From an uncultured Pseudomonadales bacterium (lineage in GTDB: Bacteria > Pseudomonadota > Gammaproteobacteria > Pseudomonadales > UBA7434), in the NCBI GenBank assembly GCA_943787705.1, contig CALSNL010000001.1, forward strand, positions 511,380 through 575,379: DNA of 64,000 nt, given 5' to 3'. Within the stretch, counting starts at the first letter, position 1, and every line of letters begins with the position of its first letter. Both the position numbers and the translations under genes were made by a program. Positions 9,090 through 20,073 of the stretch are shown in pieces. The notes below the pieces were generated by a model. The model was not told where the DNA came from. It did no database searches and was given only the letters and a program-made list of their open reading frames with translations.

Positions 9090-11039
9090 TTAGCTACTAA
9101 GTTCTAACAGCAACTTGTTCAATCGTGCAACGTAGCTAGCGGGATCCTCTAAGCTATCACCGGCAGCCAATAATGCCTGATCAAAAAGCAATCGACTTAG
9201 ATCGCCAAAACGCGCTTCATCGGCTTCTTGATCTAAGCGCGCAACCAATGGATGCCCTGGGTTCAACTCAAGAATAGGCTTGCTGGCGGGTAACTCCTGA
9301 CCGGCCGCTTCCATAATACGACGCATTTGCGCACCCATATCGTGATCACCAACCACTAAACATGCGGGCGAATCTGTTAAACGATTAGTCACACGTACAG
9401 TTTCAACCTGCTCAGACAATATCGTTTTAACACGCTCAACCATATCTTTATTGTCTTCTGACATCTGCTCTTGTTCTTTCTTGTCCTCTTCAGCATCTAG
9501 ACTGCCTAGGTCAAGCTCACCTTTAGCAACATCTTGTAATTGTTTGCCATCAAAGTCCATCATATGACTCATCAACCAGTCATCGATGCGATCATGCAGT
9601 AATAAAACTTCGATGCCTTTTTTTCTAAACACTTCAAGGTAAGGACTATTTTTTGCAGTCACAAAATTCTCTGCCGCAACATAGTAGATTTTTTCTTGGC
9701 CGTCTTTCATGCGTGCAATATAATCTTCTAACGATTGATTTTGTTCGTCAGTTTCATTATGCGTGGTTGAGAAACGTAGTAACTTAGAGATTTTTTCTTT
9801 ATTAGCGGTATCTTCAGCCGGACCTTCTTTTAATACACTGCCAAATGATTTCCAAAAAGTAGCGTACTCTTCGGGCGCATTCTTTGCCATCTTTTCAAGC
9901 ATATCAAGCGCACGCTTAGTTAATGCACTGCGCATGCTGTCAGTGGTGGCGTCCTGCTGTAATATCTCACGCGACACATTAAGTGGTAAATCATTCGAGT
10001 CCACAACACCCTTAATAAAGCGCAAGTAAACCGGCAAAAACTGTTCAGCATCATCCATAATAAATGTGCGCTGAACGTAAAGCTTTAAGCCTCTAGCGCC
10101 ATCACGATTCCACAAATCCATTGGTGGTTTTGAGGGGATATATAAAAGACTGGTGTATTCAAACTTTCCTTCAACACGATTATGACTCCATTTAATAGGG
10201 TCCTCATAATCATGTGAAAGCGCTTTATAAAACTCTTTATATTCATCTTCAGAAACATCACTGCGTGGACGCGTCCATAGTGCGGTGGCATCGTTAATTG
10301 CCTCAAACTCTGGCGCTGCATCTGCAGAGGCTTCCGTTTCAGCTTCCGCATCATCACCCATGGGTGGCATAGCCTGCTTTTCCATCATGACTGGAATAGC
10401 AATATGGTCAGAGTACTTTTTCACAATACTGCGTAAACGCCAATTATCGGCAAAGTCATTTTCATCATCTCGAAGATGTAAAACAACTGTAGTTCCGCGG
10501 CCTTCTTTTTCAACGGCAGCAATTTGGAAATCAGCATCACCCGTTGATTCCCAGTAAATACCTTCTGCTTTATCTGCACCGGCTCGACGTGTAAATACCT
10601 CAACACGATCAGCAACGATAAATGCCGAATAAAAACCAACACCAAACTGGCCAATTAACTGGCTATCTTGCTTTTGATCACCGGTCATATTTTTTAGAAA
10701 ATCAGCAGTGCCAGACTTGGCGATAGTACCGAGGTTATTGATAACCTCTTCTCGCGACATACCAATACCGTTATCACTAATGGTCACGGAATTAGCATCT
10801 TTATCAAATTCGATTGTAATAGCCAGATCACCATCACCCTCAAAGAGTGAATCATCCTTTAAGGCCTCAAAGCGGAGCTTATCGGCGGCATCCGAAGCAT
10901 TAGAGATTAACTCTCTAAGGAATATTTCTTTATTACTATAAAGAGAATGAATCATTAACTGTAAAAGCTGTTTAGCTTCAGCCTGAAACCCCATAGTTTC
11001 TTTAGTTTGATCGCTTGCCGTATTCGTTGATGCTGTCAT
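9090..11039 (-). CDS. htpG: Chaperone HtpG (Hsp90)
   Basis: [30 protein letters not shown] and LNVSREILQ motifs. GAGG RBS favours ATG 11039 over 11081. Confidence 0.97.
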   Translation of the reverse strand: MTASTNTASDQTKETMGFQAEAKQLLQLMIHSLYSNKEIFLRELISNASDAADKLRFEALKDDSLFEGDGDLAITIEFDKDANSVTISDNGIGMSREEVINNLGTIAKSGTADFLKNMTGDQKQDSQLIGQFGVGFYSAFIVADRVEVFTRRAGADKAEGIYWESTGDADFQIAAVEKEGRGTTVVLHLRDDENDFADNWRLRSIVKKYSDHIAIPVMMEKQAMPPMGDDAEAETEASADAAPEFEAINDATALWTRPRSDVSEDEYKEFYKALSHDYEDPIKWSHNRVEGKFEYTSLLYIPSKPPMDLWNRDGARGLKLYVQRTFIMDDAEQFLPVYLRFIKGVVDSNDLPLNVSREILQQDATTDSMRSALTKRALDMLEKMAKNAPEEYATFWKSFGSVLKEGPAEDTANKEKISKLLRFSTTHNETDEQNQSLEDYIARMKDGQEKIYYVAAENFVTAKNSPYLEVFRKKGIEVLLLHDRIDDWLMSHMMDFDGKQLQDVAKGELDLGSLDAEEDKKEQEQMSEDNKDMVERVKTILSEQVETVRVTNRLTDSPACLVVGDHDMGAQMRRIMEAAGQELPASKPILELNPGHPLVARLDQEADEARFGDLSRLLFDQALLAAGDSLEDPASYVARLNKLLLELSS

Positions 11040-11155
11040 TGCTGCCTCGCTGTGTAAATATACAAAATATCTATCAGTCATATACCGATAACAAAGAAGA
11101 GTTTGTTGATCAGATTGTTGTCAAAAGCCATTTAAATGGCCATTCGTGCTCACCA

Positions 11156-11183
11156 ATATGGTGCCATAAAATAGTATTTCAAC
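11156..11183 (-). promoter_or_regulatory. Putative sigma32 (RpoH) promoter of htpG
   Basis: Minus strand GTTGAA-N14-CACCATAT, close to the CTTGAA-N13/15-CCCCATNT consensus, upstream of a heat-shock gene. Confidence 0.65.
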
Positions 11184-11305
11184 CGTTACCAAGTGCTTTT
11201 ATCGATTATTATTAAAAGTTGTAAAAATCCATTACAGAAATGGCTACTAACCAAGCACTTCCATCTATAATAAGGGCCTGCTGGTTAATTGGTATACAAT
11301 TGCGA

Positions 11306-11370
11306 AGATAGTTAGCAGAGCAAGCAGATAGTTAGTAGATAGTCAGTAGATAGTTAGCAAATGGTTAAGA
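11306..11370. repeat. 11-bp degenerate tandem repeat (AGATAGTTAGY)
   Basis: agatagttagc, then agatagttagt agatagtcagt agatagttagc aaatggttaag. Confidence 0.65.
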
Positions 11371-11640
11371 GCACCTCAAAGGATAATGGAGGTGATAAAG
11401 ATAATGGAGAAGTAGCTTTATTCATAGTTTTTGGTTTCGCGCTCCCTGGTAGGTTCGCAATTGCAGTTATGATATAGCTACTAATTCTTCCACTATTCGC
11501 ATACTTAGAGAGCATTATCTTTACATTGTGATGCTCAACAGACTTCCCCCCCCTATACGCTCATGAAAATGCTAACCCCATCGGTTTTTAAGAAATTTTG
11601 TGTAATCTCACTAAAAGATGAATATTCAACGACTTAGCGG

Positions 11641-11677
11641 TTGACCTGCGCGGTGAGCTTCTCTATAGTACGCGCCC
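11641..11677 (+). promoter_or_regulatory. Sigma70 promoter of tRNA-Arg with GC-rich discriminator
   Basis: TTGACC-N17-TATAGT followed by ACGCGCCC, typical of stable-RNA promoters. Confidence 0.8.
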
Positions 11678-11715
11678 TCTCAGACGATACTTATTATCGT
11701 TGAGATTCACGACAC

Positions 11716-11792
11716 GCGCTCGTAGCTCAGCTGGATAGAGTACCTGGCTACGAACTAGGGGGTCGCAGGTTCGACTCCTGCCGAGCGCGCCA
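11716..11792 (+). tRNA. tRNA-Arg(ACG)
   Basis: 77 nt. Acceptor stem GCGCTCG/CGAGCGC, D arm AGCTCAGCTGGATAGAG, anticodon arm CCTGG-CTACGAA-CTAGG, GTTCGACTC T loop, encoded CCA. Confidence 0.97.
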
Positions 11793-11976
11793 TATTTTAC
11801 TTAATCGCACAATGTTCTATGCATAAGCCATGCGATTAAGCTCTGCGTTAATAACGTTTCATTCAACTGTTTTTTACACGCAGTCCTTTTACAAACAATC
11901 TTCCGTATTTATTATCACTCCCTCGCTGTATTCGCTTACCAAATCCTGCATAATCACCGCCTTATAAAAATCAGTT

Positions 11977-12030
11977 TATAACTACATATAACTACATATA
12001 ACGACATACATAACTACATATATAACTAAA
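11977..12030. repeat. 10-12 bp tandem repeat (TATAACTACA), about 5 copies
   Basis: tataactaca tataactaca tataacgaca tacataactaca tatataactaaa immediately upstream of the next CDS. Confidence 0.75.
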
Positions 12031-12042
12031 GGCATCATCGCT

Positions 12043-12813
12043 ATGTCCAAGCTTCCTGACAACTACAAATTTATTGACCTTTCAGATTACGGCAGGCCTG
12101 TTGCCCGCTGGATAGCTAACGGTTTTAAAAATACACGTATAACGCCTGTTGATGTTACGTTAATGTTTATTGTAGCGGGACTGTTTGCCATTGTTAGTAT
12201 TCTCTACCATCAATACGCCTTAGCCGCTTTTTTCCTTATTTTAAAATCTATTTTAGATGCCGCAGATGGCGAACTAGCAAGAGTCAAAAATACGCCCTCT
12301 TATACAGGTCGTTACTTGGATTCTGTTTCAGATATTATTTTAAATGCATTGTTTCTACTGACCATTTGCTATATCACTGATGGCTCACTTGTTATCACGT
12401 TTTTTGCGTTCTGTGGAATTCAATTGCAGGGCACTCTCTACAATTATTATTATGTGATATTGCGAAATAAAGTAGATGGCGATAAGACCAGTCGCGTTTT
12501 TGAAGAAGGTGTGCCAACAGCACTACCGGGTGAAAAGCAGATAAATGTCGATCGCTTATTTTGGATGTATACCCTTTGCTATGGGGTGTTTGATAAAGCC
12601 ATACAAGCACTCGATAAAAACGCTGAGCAAGCTGAGCACTACCCTAAATGGTTTATGACTGCCCTGTCCTGCTTTGGTTTAGGCTTTCAACTGCTCATAA
12701 TTGCGGTAATGCTATGCTTGGGCTGGGCTAATTATATATTGCCGTTTTTTATTGCTTTTACAGCATTAATCTTTGTATTTATTTTGATACGAAAAGCCAT
12801 TAATCGCAGCTAG
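12043..12813 (+). CDS. CDP-alcohol phosphatidyltransferase family protein
   Basis: Signature DAADGELAR...GRYLDSVSD (DxxDGxxAR..GxxxDxxxD) and several transmembrane helices. Confidence 0.9.
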   Translation: MSKLPDNYKFIDLSDYGRPVARWIANGFKNTRITPVDVTLMFIVAGLFAIVSILYHQYALAAFFLILKSILDAADGELARVKNTPSYTGRYLDSVSDIILNALFLLTICYITDGSLVITFFAFCGIQLQGTLYNYYYVILRNKVDGDKTSRVFEEGVPTALPGEKQINVDRLFWMYTLCYGVFDKAIQALDKNAEQAEHYPKWFMTALSCFGLGFQLLIIAVMLCLGWANYILPFFIAFTALIFVFILIRKAINRS

Positions 12814-12870
12814 ATACAGATTAGATATCCACTTATAAGCAATAATCTTATAGGTGGATATTTATCCATG

Positions 12871-12975
12871 AACAACTCACTTAACAACTCACTTAATAAC
12901 TCACTTAACAATTGCCCTTAGCAACTTACTTCATCGCTTGCCTAGCAACTTACTTCACATCTTGCCTAGCAATTA
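12871..12975. repeat. Nested tandem repeats (12-bp AACAACTCACTT x3-4, then 24-bp AGCAACTTACTTCA..CTTGCCT x2)
   Basis: Read directly from the convergent intergenic sequence. Confidence 0.75.
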
Positions 12976-12983
12976 ATCTGCAA

Positions 12984-13598
12984 CTACATACCATTACGGT
13001 ATACCGCAAGACTGCTCGTCTCACTCGCTCTAATCTGCTTAAATGCTTCGCCATAGCTCAGTAATAATTGAAGACAATAATCTAAGCGACCTTGTAGATA
13101 GCTTTGCGCTTTGGGATCGTTATCATCCATATTCGAATTAAAGACAGATTCGACATCACGAATAATTAAGTGCTCTGGTAAATAGCAGATACGATTATTC
13201 TTGTAACTACTGGTGCGTAATTCAGCTATCGGATAGGCTCCACCTTCACCAGAAGAAACGCCCACCAATAAAGCGGGTTTATGGGCTAATTCACCGTTAC
13301 CCCACATAAGAAAGAAGTTTTTTAACGCGGCTGGCACCATGCCATGCCACTCTGGCGCAATAATAATTATGGCATCACTACTAGCAAGTTGATCAGAGAT
13401 AGGCGTTAAACGTTGCTGCCAAGCTTCATCGCCGGCCCAAATAGATTCATCCCAAAGCGGAAGTGGGTTATTAGCTAAATCCAATAAATACGTTTCAGAA
13501 CAGTCATCCATATTTGAGAGAGACTCAGCAATAAAGCGCGCTATTTTACTGCTTTGAGCGTTAGAGCGTGGGCTGCCGGAAATGATACTAATTTTCAT
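12984..13598 (-). CDS. NADPH-dependent FMN reductase family protein
   Basis: ISGSPRSNAQS, IIAPEWHGMVPAALKN and KPALLVGVSSGEGG flavodoxin-fold motifs. Confidence 0.88.
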   Translation of the reverse strand: MKISIISGSPRSNAQSSKIARFIAESLSNMDDCSETYLLDLANNPLPLWDESIWAGDEAWQQRLTPISDQLASSDAIIIIAPEWHGMVPAALKNFFLMWGNGELAHKPALLVGVSSGEGGAYPIAELRTSSYKNNRICYLPEHLIIRDVESVFNSNMDDNDPKAQSYLQGRLDYCLQLLLSYGEAFKQIRASETSSLAVYRNGM

Positions 13599-13742
13599 GG
13601 AGGGTTTACTCTTAAGTAATAGGATTCGTGGGAATGAATAGTCAACTAAACAATATCTGCTGGCATGAAAAGCTATACAAACTAATGATTAATTAGCCAT
13701 CAATGATAACGATAGCTAGCAATAAAGTGTATCATTCGATTA

Positions 13743-14393
13743 ATGGATAATTCTAACGACAAATCGAACAATATTACAGCCAAGTATCAGCTGCTTTTGG
13801 AGCGCCTGCCCCAATTAGCAATGGCATTACTCATCGCTGCGCTGTTATTTATTTTCACTCAAGCTGAGTTGCTTGCGTCTTGGCGTTTCGATCGCTTTCT
13901 TTTCGATCAACAGCCAATCCTTGCGCTAAGTCATGCCTTCGTTCATCTTAATGCTCAACATCTAATACTGAACATTTCTGGTTTAGTATTTATATACCTG
14001 ATATTCCCTTCCGCCTTTAAGTCACTGTTATGGATAATCGCGCTTGCTGCTTCAGCGGTTGCGTCGGCCTATGGCATTTTCTATTACAGCCCAGAAACTG
14101 AGTGGCTAGTGGGACTTTCTGGGGCATTACATGGTTTATTTGTTTATGCCGCTCTTCGCTCAAGAGCAAGTATTGCTTGGTTAGTGGCTATTATCATTAA
14201 ACTGGTCATAGAACAGATGCCAAGTTTAATGCCTACTAACAATCTTACCCAGATGACAGAGCAATTTATTAGTAATCCCGTTATTGTCGATGCTCATCTA
14301 TGGGGTGCCGCTGGTGGCTTGTTGTTTTTCTTTGTCGCCAGATCTATTGCTACGCTATTCTTGATTGTCGAACTGAATAGAGATGAAAAATAA
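13743..14393 (+). CDS. rrtA: Rhombosortase (rhomboid-family GlyGly-CTERM sorting protease)
   Basis: HAFVHLNAQHLILN, catalytic GLSGALHG and VIVDAHLWGAAGG motifs; about 6 TM helices. Confidence 0.8.
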   Translation: MDNSNDKSNNITAKYQLLLERLPQLAMALLIAALLFIFTQAELLASWRFDRFLFDQQPILALSHAFVHLNAQHLILNISGLVFIYLIFPSAFKSLLWIIALAASAVASAYGIFYYSPETEWLVGLSGALHGLFVYAALRSRASIAWLVAIIIKLVIEQMPSLMPTNNLTQMTEQFISNPVIVDAHLWGAAGGLLFFFVARSIATLFLIVELNRDEK

Positions 14394-14437
14394 TCCATTC
14401 ATAGGCATTCGTTTCTCCTAATGGTAAAGGAATTCTT

Positions 14438-16499
14438 ATTAAACCGTCATTTAACATTAAGCCTTTTTTTATTTTATTGCTCATTGTCAGCTATATCCCT
14501 TCGGCATTAACGCAGATCTTAGAAGAGGTTATTGTTGATGCGGCACGCATTCCTCTTTCTGTTATACAAGCGCCCTTTGCAATCGATAGAATTGAGCGTG
14601 AACAGATTGTTCGCGCACAAACACAGCTAGGCTTAGATGAATCTCTGGCCAGCATTCCTGGCCTAGTATTACAAAACCGTTTTAACTTCGCGCAAGATTT
14701 ACGAATTTCAATTCGTGGCTTTGGCGCGCGAGCTAACTTTGGTATTCGCGGCGTTAAAATTTTAGTCGACGGCATCCCTGAAACCTTAGCAGACGGCCAA
14801 GGTGGTATTGACAGTATTGACCTTACTTCTATTGGCAGTATAGAAGTGCTTCGTGGGCCATCATCATCACTGTATGGCAATGCCTCTGGTGGTGTTATCC
14901 GTATTGAATCTGATTTCGACAGACCTGATAGTGGTATAGAGGCGCGACTGGCGATAGGCGGCAATGGTTATAGAAAAAACCAAATACATATTAATGGTAA
15001 AAGTGATAATAAGCAGCTTAGCTATATTGCCAGTTTAAGCCGCCTTGATATCGAAGGTTACCGTGAGCACAGTGAGCATCAAAACAGCTTATTTAACGGC
15101 CGCATGCGTTATATATTCAAAGATAACGGTACGCTTAAAATAGCGGTTAATCACACAGATCAACCTCAAGCGAACGACCCAGGCGGTGTTAACTTAGTGA
15201 CATTGTTAGATGACAGGACAGCAGCAAGAGATCGCAACATCGCTCTTAACGCTGGCGAGGCCCTAGAGCAAACCCGTATCGGTTTAATCTACCAGCGTAA
15301 TCTAGGCCGTAGCGGCGAACTCAGTATTCGAAATTATCATGTATGGCGTGATTTTGAAGGGCGAATACCGATTGCTGGAAACGGCGTTATTGATATAAAC
15401 CGTTATTACAATGGTGGCGGTTTAATGTATCAGCATAAAAACACCTTAGCGGGGATGGGCAGCTACCAGCGTTATAGGTGTTGACTATGATTATCAAGAT
15501 GATGATCGTGAGCGCTTTGAAAACCTTAATGGGCTAAGTGGCAACCAAGTATTGAAGCAAACAGAAAAGGTAACAAGCCATGCTGTTTATTTACAAAACC
15601 AACTTCAAATTAATGATCGCTGGTTATTAAGTAGCGGCTTACGTTATGACAATATAAGTTTCAGTGTCGATGATTTTCGAGAAAACAATTCAGCGAGTAG
15701 AAGTTTAGATCAATTAAGCCCTATGCTAGCGAGTAGCTATGCGCTGAATGATCAAACATCTATTTACGCAAATATATCGACATCATTTGAGACCCCAACC
15801 ACTACAGAGTTGGCTTTAGTGGATGAGACCGGCCTAAACTCAGAGTTAGCGCCACAAGTTGCTACAAGTTATGAATTTGGCATTAAAGGCCGCTTTATAA
15901 ACGAATCAAGCCATGCTCAAAAGCATGCATACACACTATCTGTATTTAGCATTGATGTTGAGAAAGAGATAATTGGGATTGAAGATAATCTTGGACGAGA
16001 CATTTTCATTAATGCAGGAGAATCCACACGGCATGGCATTGAATTCTCTCTTAAAAGCCAATTAAGTGAATCCTTTAGTAGCTCACTTGCTTATACTTAT
16101 TCAGATTTTAGCTACAAAAAATTCGTTGATAAAAATAATAATGATTATTCTGGTAATGAGTTGCCAGGTTTACCGCAAGACACTTTACATGTCGCCATTA
16201 ACTACCAACATGAGGCGGGATTATTCGCCACGGTAGAGGCGCTTTATCTGGGCCAATTCTCATTAGATAACGCTAACACGGAGACTATGGATTCATCCCT
16301 AGTAACGGACTTACGCGGTGGCTATAACTTCACTATGAATGGCTTAAGCATTGAGCCTTTTATCGGTATTAGTAACCTATTTAATGAAGTCTATTCTGCG
16401 AATGCCCGAATCAACGCCTTTGGCGGCCGATTCTATGAATCAGGACCAGATCGCAATCTATACGCAGGCGTATCAATACGGCATAATTTCACCCATTGA
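14438..16499 (+). pseudogene. TonB-dependent receptor, YncD/PqqU-like, split by a +1 frameshift at ~15451-15459 (ORFs 14477..15484 and 15552..16499); possibly an assembly error
   Basis: TonB box EEVIV; plug motifs RGFGARANFGIRG, DGIPETLADGQG and IEVLRGPSSSLYGNASGGVI; barrel motifs SFETPTTTEL and NLFNEVY. Removing one G restores a continuous frame. Confidence 0.85.
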
Positions 16500-16530
16500 T
16501 AACCGCAACATAAGAAACGTTTAAATACAC

Positions 16531-19500
16531 ATGTCTTTGGAATTACTCCCCGCCTCTGTCGCGCCTTCTGTCGGCCAAATCCATGCATGGCATTCACTGC
16601 CCGGTGCATCTGCTGCCGTCGCGCTACTGGCCAGCTTGGAGCAAGAAAAGCGCTTTGCCTTGGTCATCACCAAAGATGCCTACGATTCTCAGGAGTGGTA
16701 TGAAGCCTTACGCTTTTTTGCTGCTGACAATTCAGAATTTAGCCTACGCGTATTCCCAGACCGTGAAGTACTTCCTTATGATTATTTCTCACCGCATCCA
16801 GATATTATTTCTGACCGCCTAAAGACGCTTTATCATCTGCAAAATGAAAGTTATGGCGTTTGCCTTGTTACCGCGTCAACCTTATTAGCAAGAGTGTGTC
16901 CACGTAGTTATGTGAACCGCGATAGCCTAGTGATAGAAATAGATCAAAAAATCGATGCTAGGCAAATTAAGATTCAACTGGATAACGCAGGTTATCAACA
17001 CAGAGACTCCGTTTATGAACACGGTGAATACGCTGTTCGTGGCTCTTTACTCGATATATTCCCCATGGGCAGCGAGCTACCCTATCGAATAGAATTATTT
17101 GATGACGAAGTTAGTAGTTTGCGAACCTTTGATGCCGACACTCAGCGCTCATTGGATAAAATAAAAAGAATAGAGATATTACCTGCTGCTGAGGTTTGCT
17201 TAGACAAAGAAGCCATTAATCATTTTCGTGATCAATGGCATAACGAGTTCAAGCATAACCCGTTAGTGTGTCCCATTTACGAAGATGTATTGGCTGGCAT
17301 TCCTTATGCCGGAATTGAAAGTTATTTACCCATGTTTTATGCCAGCACTGATACGCTGCTAGATTATCTACCTGAGAACAGCTTATTATTCAGCTATCCT
17401 GAATTTGAAAAAACAGCCACTGACTTTTTAAATAATGTTAATGATCGCTACGAGCAGCAGGCGATTGATCCAACACGTCCATTATTATCGCCTGACAGTC
17501 TTTATTTAAAGGTGGATGAATGTTTTTCAAAAATGTCAGCTTTTGCGCGCATTACAACAACCGCAAAGGTATTAGACAAAAAACAAAATACGGCTCGAGG
17601 TTTATTTAGCTGCGGTGCCGCGACAAACCCGCAATTGCTTATAGATGATCATGCCGAAAATGCCTTAACACGCTTACAAGCCTTTTTAACCAGTTCACCC
17701 AAACACAGCGCCGATACACGACACGTGTTATTTTGTGTTGAATCATTAGGCCGCAGAGAGATTTTTTCTGACAAGCTCAAAGCCATAGGCATTAACGCAT
17801 TAAGCTGCGATACATGGCATGAATTTACAACGGCTGTCGAACAAAGTGACGGCACGCCGCAAACAGGAATAGCGGTTGCAGCGTTTAATCGCGGCGCAAG
17901 CTTTCCCGACAGCGGCATAAGCGTTATTGCTGAGCCAGAGCTTTTTGGTGTCACCATAAAACCTAAAGTTCGCAGCAACAAAGAACGCAATATGTTGGCC
18001 GATGCAGCCATCCATAATTTAATAGAGCTTAACGTTGGCTCGCCTATCGTGCATTTAGATCACGGTGTCGGCCGCTATCTTGGCTTAGAGCATATGCCCA
18101 TAGATGGCGGTGCAGGAAAAATAATTGACGCTGAATTTCTAACGTTGGAATATGCGGGTGGTGATCGCCTCTACGTGCCAGTCACTTCACTGCATATGAT
18201 AAGTCGCTACATGGGTGGCGATGAATCAACCGCGCCACTGAACAAACTCGGCAGTGAAAATTGGGGTAATGCGAAACGAAAAGCCATTGCTAATATCCAT
18301 GATGTTGCAGCAGAGCTACTCGATATTTATGCACGACGAAAGTCTATGGAAGGCTTTCCCTTTGCGCTAACAGAGAATGATTACGATCAATTTTGCGATA
18401 AGTTTCCCTTTGAAGAAACTATTGACCAGAAAACGGCCATTGAAGCCGTTATTTTTGACATGCAAAAAGATACAGCTATGGATCGTTTAGTCTGCGGCGA
18501 TGTTGGCTTTGGTAAAACCGAAGTTGCCATGCGCGCCGCCTTTCTTGCGGCCAGTAACAGCAAGCAAGTAATGGTGTTAGTGCCAACCACCCTGCTCGCC
18601 CAGCAGCATTTCCAAAACTTCCAAGATCGCTTTGCAGATTTACCCATTGCTATAGATACACTCTCTCGATTCAAAACCAGCAAAGAACAAACAAAAGTCA
18701 TGGCGTCCTTTAAAAGTGGCGCAACCGACATTCTTATTGGCACGCATAAACTTATCCAAAAAGATATGGAAGCTAAAGACCTTGGACTCGTGATTGTCGA
18801 CGAAGAGCATCGCTTTGGTGTTCGCCAAAAAGAACAGTTAAAAAACCTATGTGCCAATGTTGACCTTTTAACCATGACAGCAACGCCTATTCCTAGAACG
18901 CTCAATATGGCGATGGCAGGCTTGCGCGACCTCTCTATTATTGCAACACCGCCGGCCAAAAGACTGTCCGTTAAAACCTTTGTTCATGAAAAGCAAAATG
19001 GGCTGCTTAAAGAAGCATTATTACGAGAACTGCTTCGTGGTGGCCAAGTGTTTTATCTACACAACGATGTCAGCAGCATTGAACGCGCAGCACAGGAGCT
19101 ACGCGACCTTCTGCCCGACGCGCGTGTTGTTGTTGGACATGGTCAAATGCCAGAGCGTCAGCTTGAGCAAGTGATGTCAGATTTTTATCATCGCCGCTTT
19201 AACATCTTAGTCTGCTCAACCATTATCGAAACCGGCATTGATATACCCAACGCCAATACCATTATTATTGAGCGTGCCGATAAATTTGGCTTGGCACAAC
19301 TGCATCAATTGCGAGGGCGTGTTGGTCGTTCGCATCATCAAGCCTATGCTTATTTATTTGTCCCAAGTCGCAAGCACTTATCACGAGATGCTGCCAAGCG
19401 ACTAGAGGCTATTGAAGAAGCGCAAGATCTTGGTGCTGGCTTTATGCTGGCCACGCACGATTTAGAAATTCGCGGTGCAGGACAATTGTTAGGTGACGAG

Positions 19501-20073
19501 CAAAGCGGACAAATGCAGTCCGTTGGCTACACCTTGTATCTCGACATGCTTGAACGCGCAGTCACAGCGCTTAAAAATGGCGAATCGATTGATTTAGCGG
19601 CACCCCTCAATATATTGGGTGAAATCAATCTTCATTTACCGGCCTTAATTCCAGACGATTATTTACCCGACGTACATAACCGCCTTATTTTATATAAACG
19701 TATTACCAGTGCCGATAGCCGCGAAAAGCTTCGAGACCTTCAAGTTGAGATGATTGATCGCTTTGGCCTATTGACGGATGAGATTAAAAATTTATTTATC
19801 ATTATGGAAATCAAGCTTCGCTGCCTCAGTTTTGGTATAGCCAAAATCGATGCGGGTGAAAACGGTGGTTATATTGATTTCACCGGCAATACCGCTGTCA
19901 ACCCCATGACCATAGTGGGTTTAGTGCAGAATGACTATGAAACATTTAAGCTCTCCGGCGCTACTCGCTTGACGTTTAGCCAGTTTCTGCCAGAATCTCA
20001 ACAACGAATCCAATGGATCTCTGAACTTGTTGATCAGCTAGGGAATACCAACGCCGATAATGCCAGCACTTAA
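16531..20073 (+). CDS. mfd: Transcription-repair coupling factor
   Basis: GDVGFGKT, VDEEHRFGV, TATPIPRTL, QLHQLRGRVGR and C-terminal TRCF domain. Confidence 0.98.
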   Translation: MSLELLPASVAPSVGQIHAWHSLPGASAAVALLASLEQEKRFALVITKDAYDSQEWYEALRFFAADNSEFSLRVFPDREVLPYDYFSPHPDIISDRLKTLYHLQNESYGVCLVTASTLLARVCPRSYVNRDSLVIEIDQKIDARQIKIQLDNAGYQHRDSVYEHGEYAVRGSLLDIFPMGSELPYRIELFDDEVSSLRTFDADTQRSLDKIKRIEILPAAEVCLDKEAINHFRDQWHNEFKHNPLVCPIYEDVLAGIPYAGIESYLPMFYASTDTLLDYLPENSLLFSYPEFEKTATDFLNNVNDRYEQQAIDPTRPLLSPDSLYLKVDECFSKMSAFARITTTAKVLDKKQNTARGLFSCGAATNPQLLIDDHAENALTRLQAFLTSSPKHSADTRHVLFCVESLGRREIFSDKLKAIGINALSCDTWHEFTTAVEQSDGTPQTGIAVAAFNRGASFPDSGISVIAEPELFGVTIKPKVRSNKERNMLADAAIHNLIELNVGSPIVHLDHGVGRYLGLEHMPIDGGAGKIIDAEFLTLEYAGGDRLYVPVTSLHMISRYMGGDESTAPLNKLGSENWGNAKRKAIANIHDVAAELLDIYARRKSMEGFPFALTENDYDQFCDKFPFEETIDQKTAIEAVIFDMQKDTAMDRLVCGDVGFGKTEVAMRAAFLAASNSKQVMVLVPTTLLAQQHFQNFQDRFADLPIAIDTLSRFKTSKEQTKVMASFKSGATDILIGTHKLIQKDMEAKDLGLVIVDEEHRFGVRQKEQLKNLCANVDLLTMTATPIPRTLNMAMAGLRDLSIIATPPAKRLSVKTFVHEKQNGLLKEALLRELLRGGQVFYLHNDVSSIERAAQELRDLLPDARVVVGHGQMPERQLEQVMSDFYHRRFNILVCSTIIETGIDIPNANTIIIERADKFGLAQLHQLRGRVGRSHHQAYAYLFVPSRKHLSRDAAKRLEAIEEAQDLGAGFMLATHDLEIRGAGQLLGDEQSGQMQSVGYTLYLDMLERAVTALKNGESIDLAAPLNILGEINLHLPALIPDDYLPDVHNRLILYKRITSADSREKLRDLQVEMIDRFGLLTDEIKNLFIIMEIKLRCLSFGIAKIDAGENGGYIDFTGNTAVNPMTIVGLVQNDYETFKLSGATRLTFSQFLPESQQRIQWISELVDQLGNTNADNAST

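Noticed and set aside
1283..11792. Functional clustering of tadA with its substrate tRNA-Arg(ACG)
   Set aside because: They are 10 kb apart with many unrelated genes between; most likely coincidence.
11716..16499. Integrative island at tRNA-Arg
   Set aside because: No integrase and no duplicated tRNA 3' end seen downstream; core genes resume at mfd.
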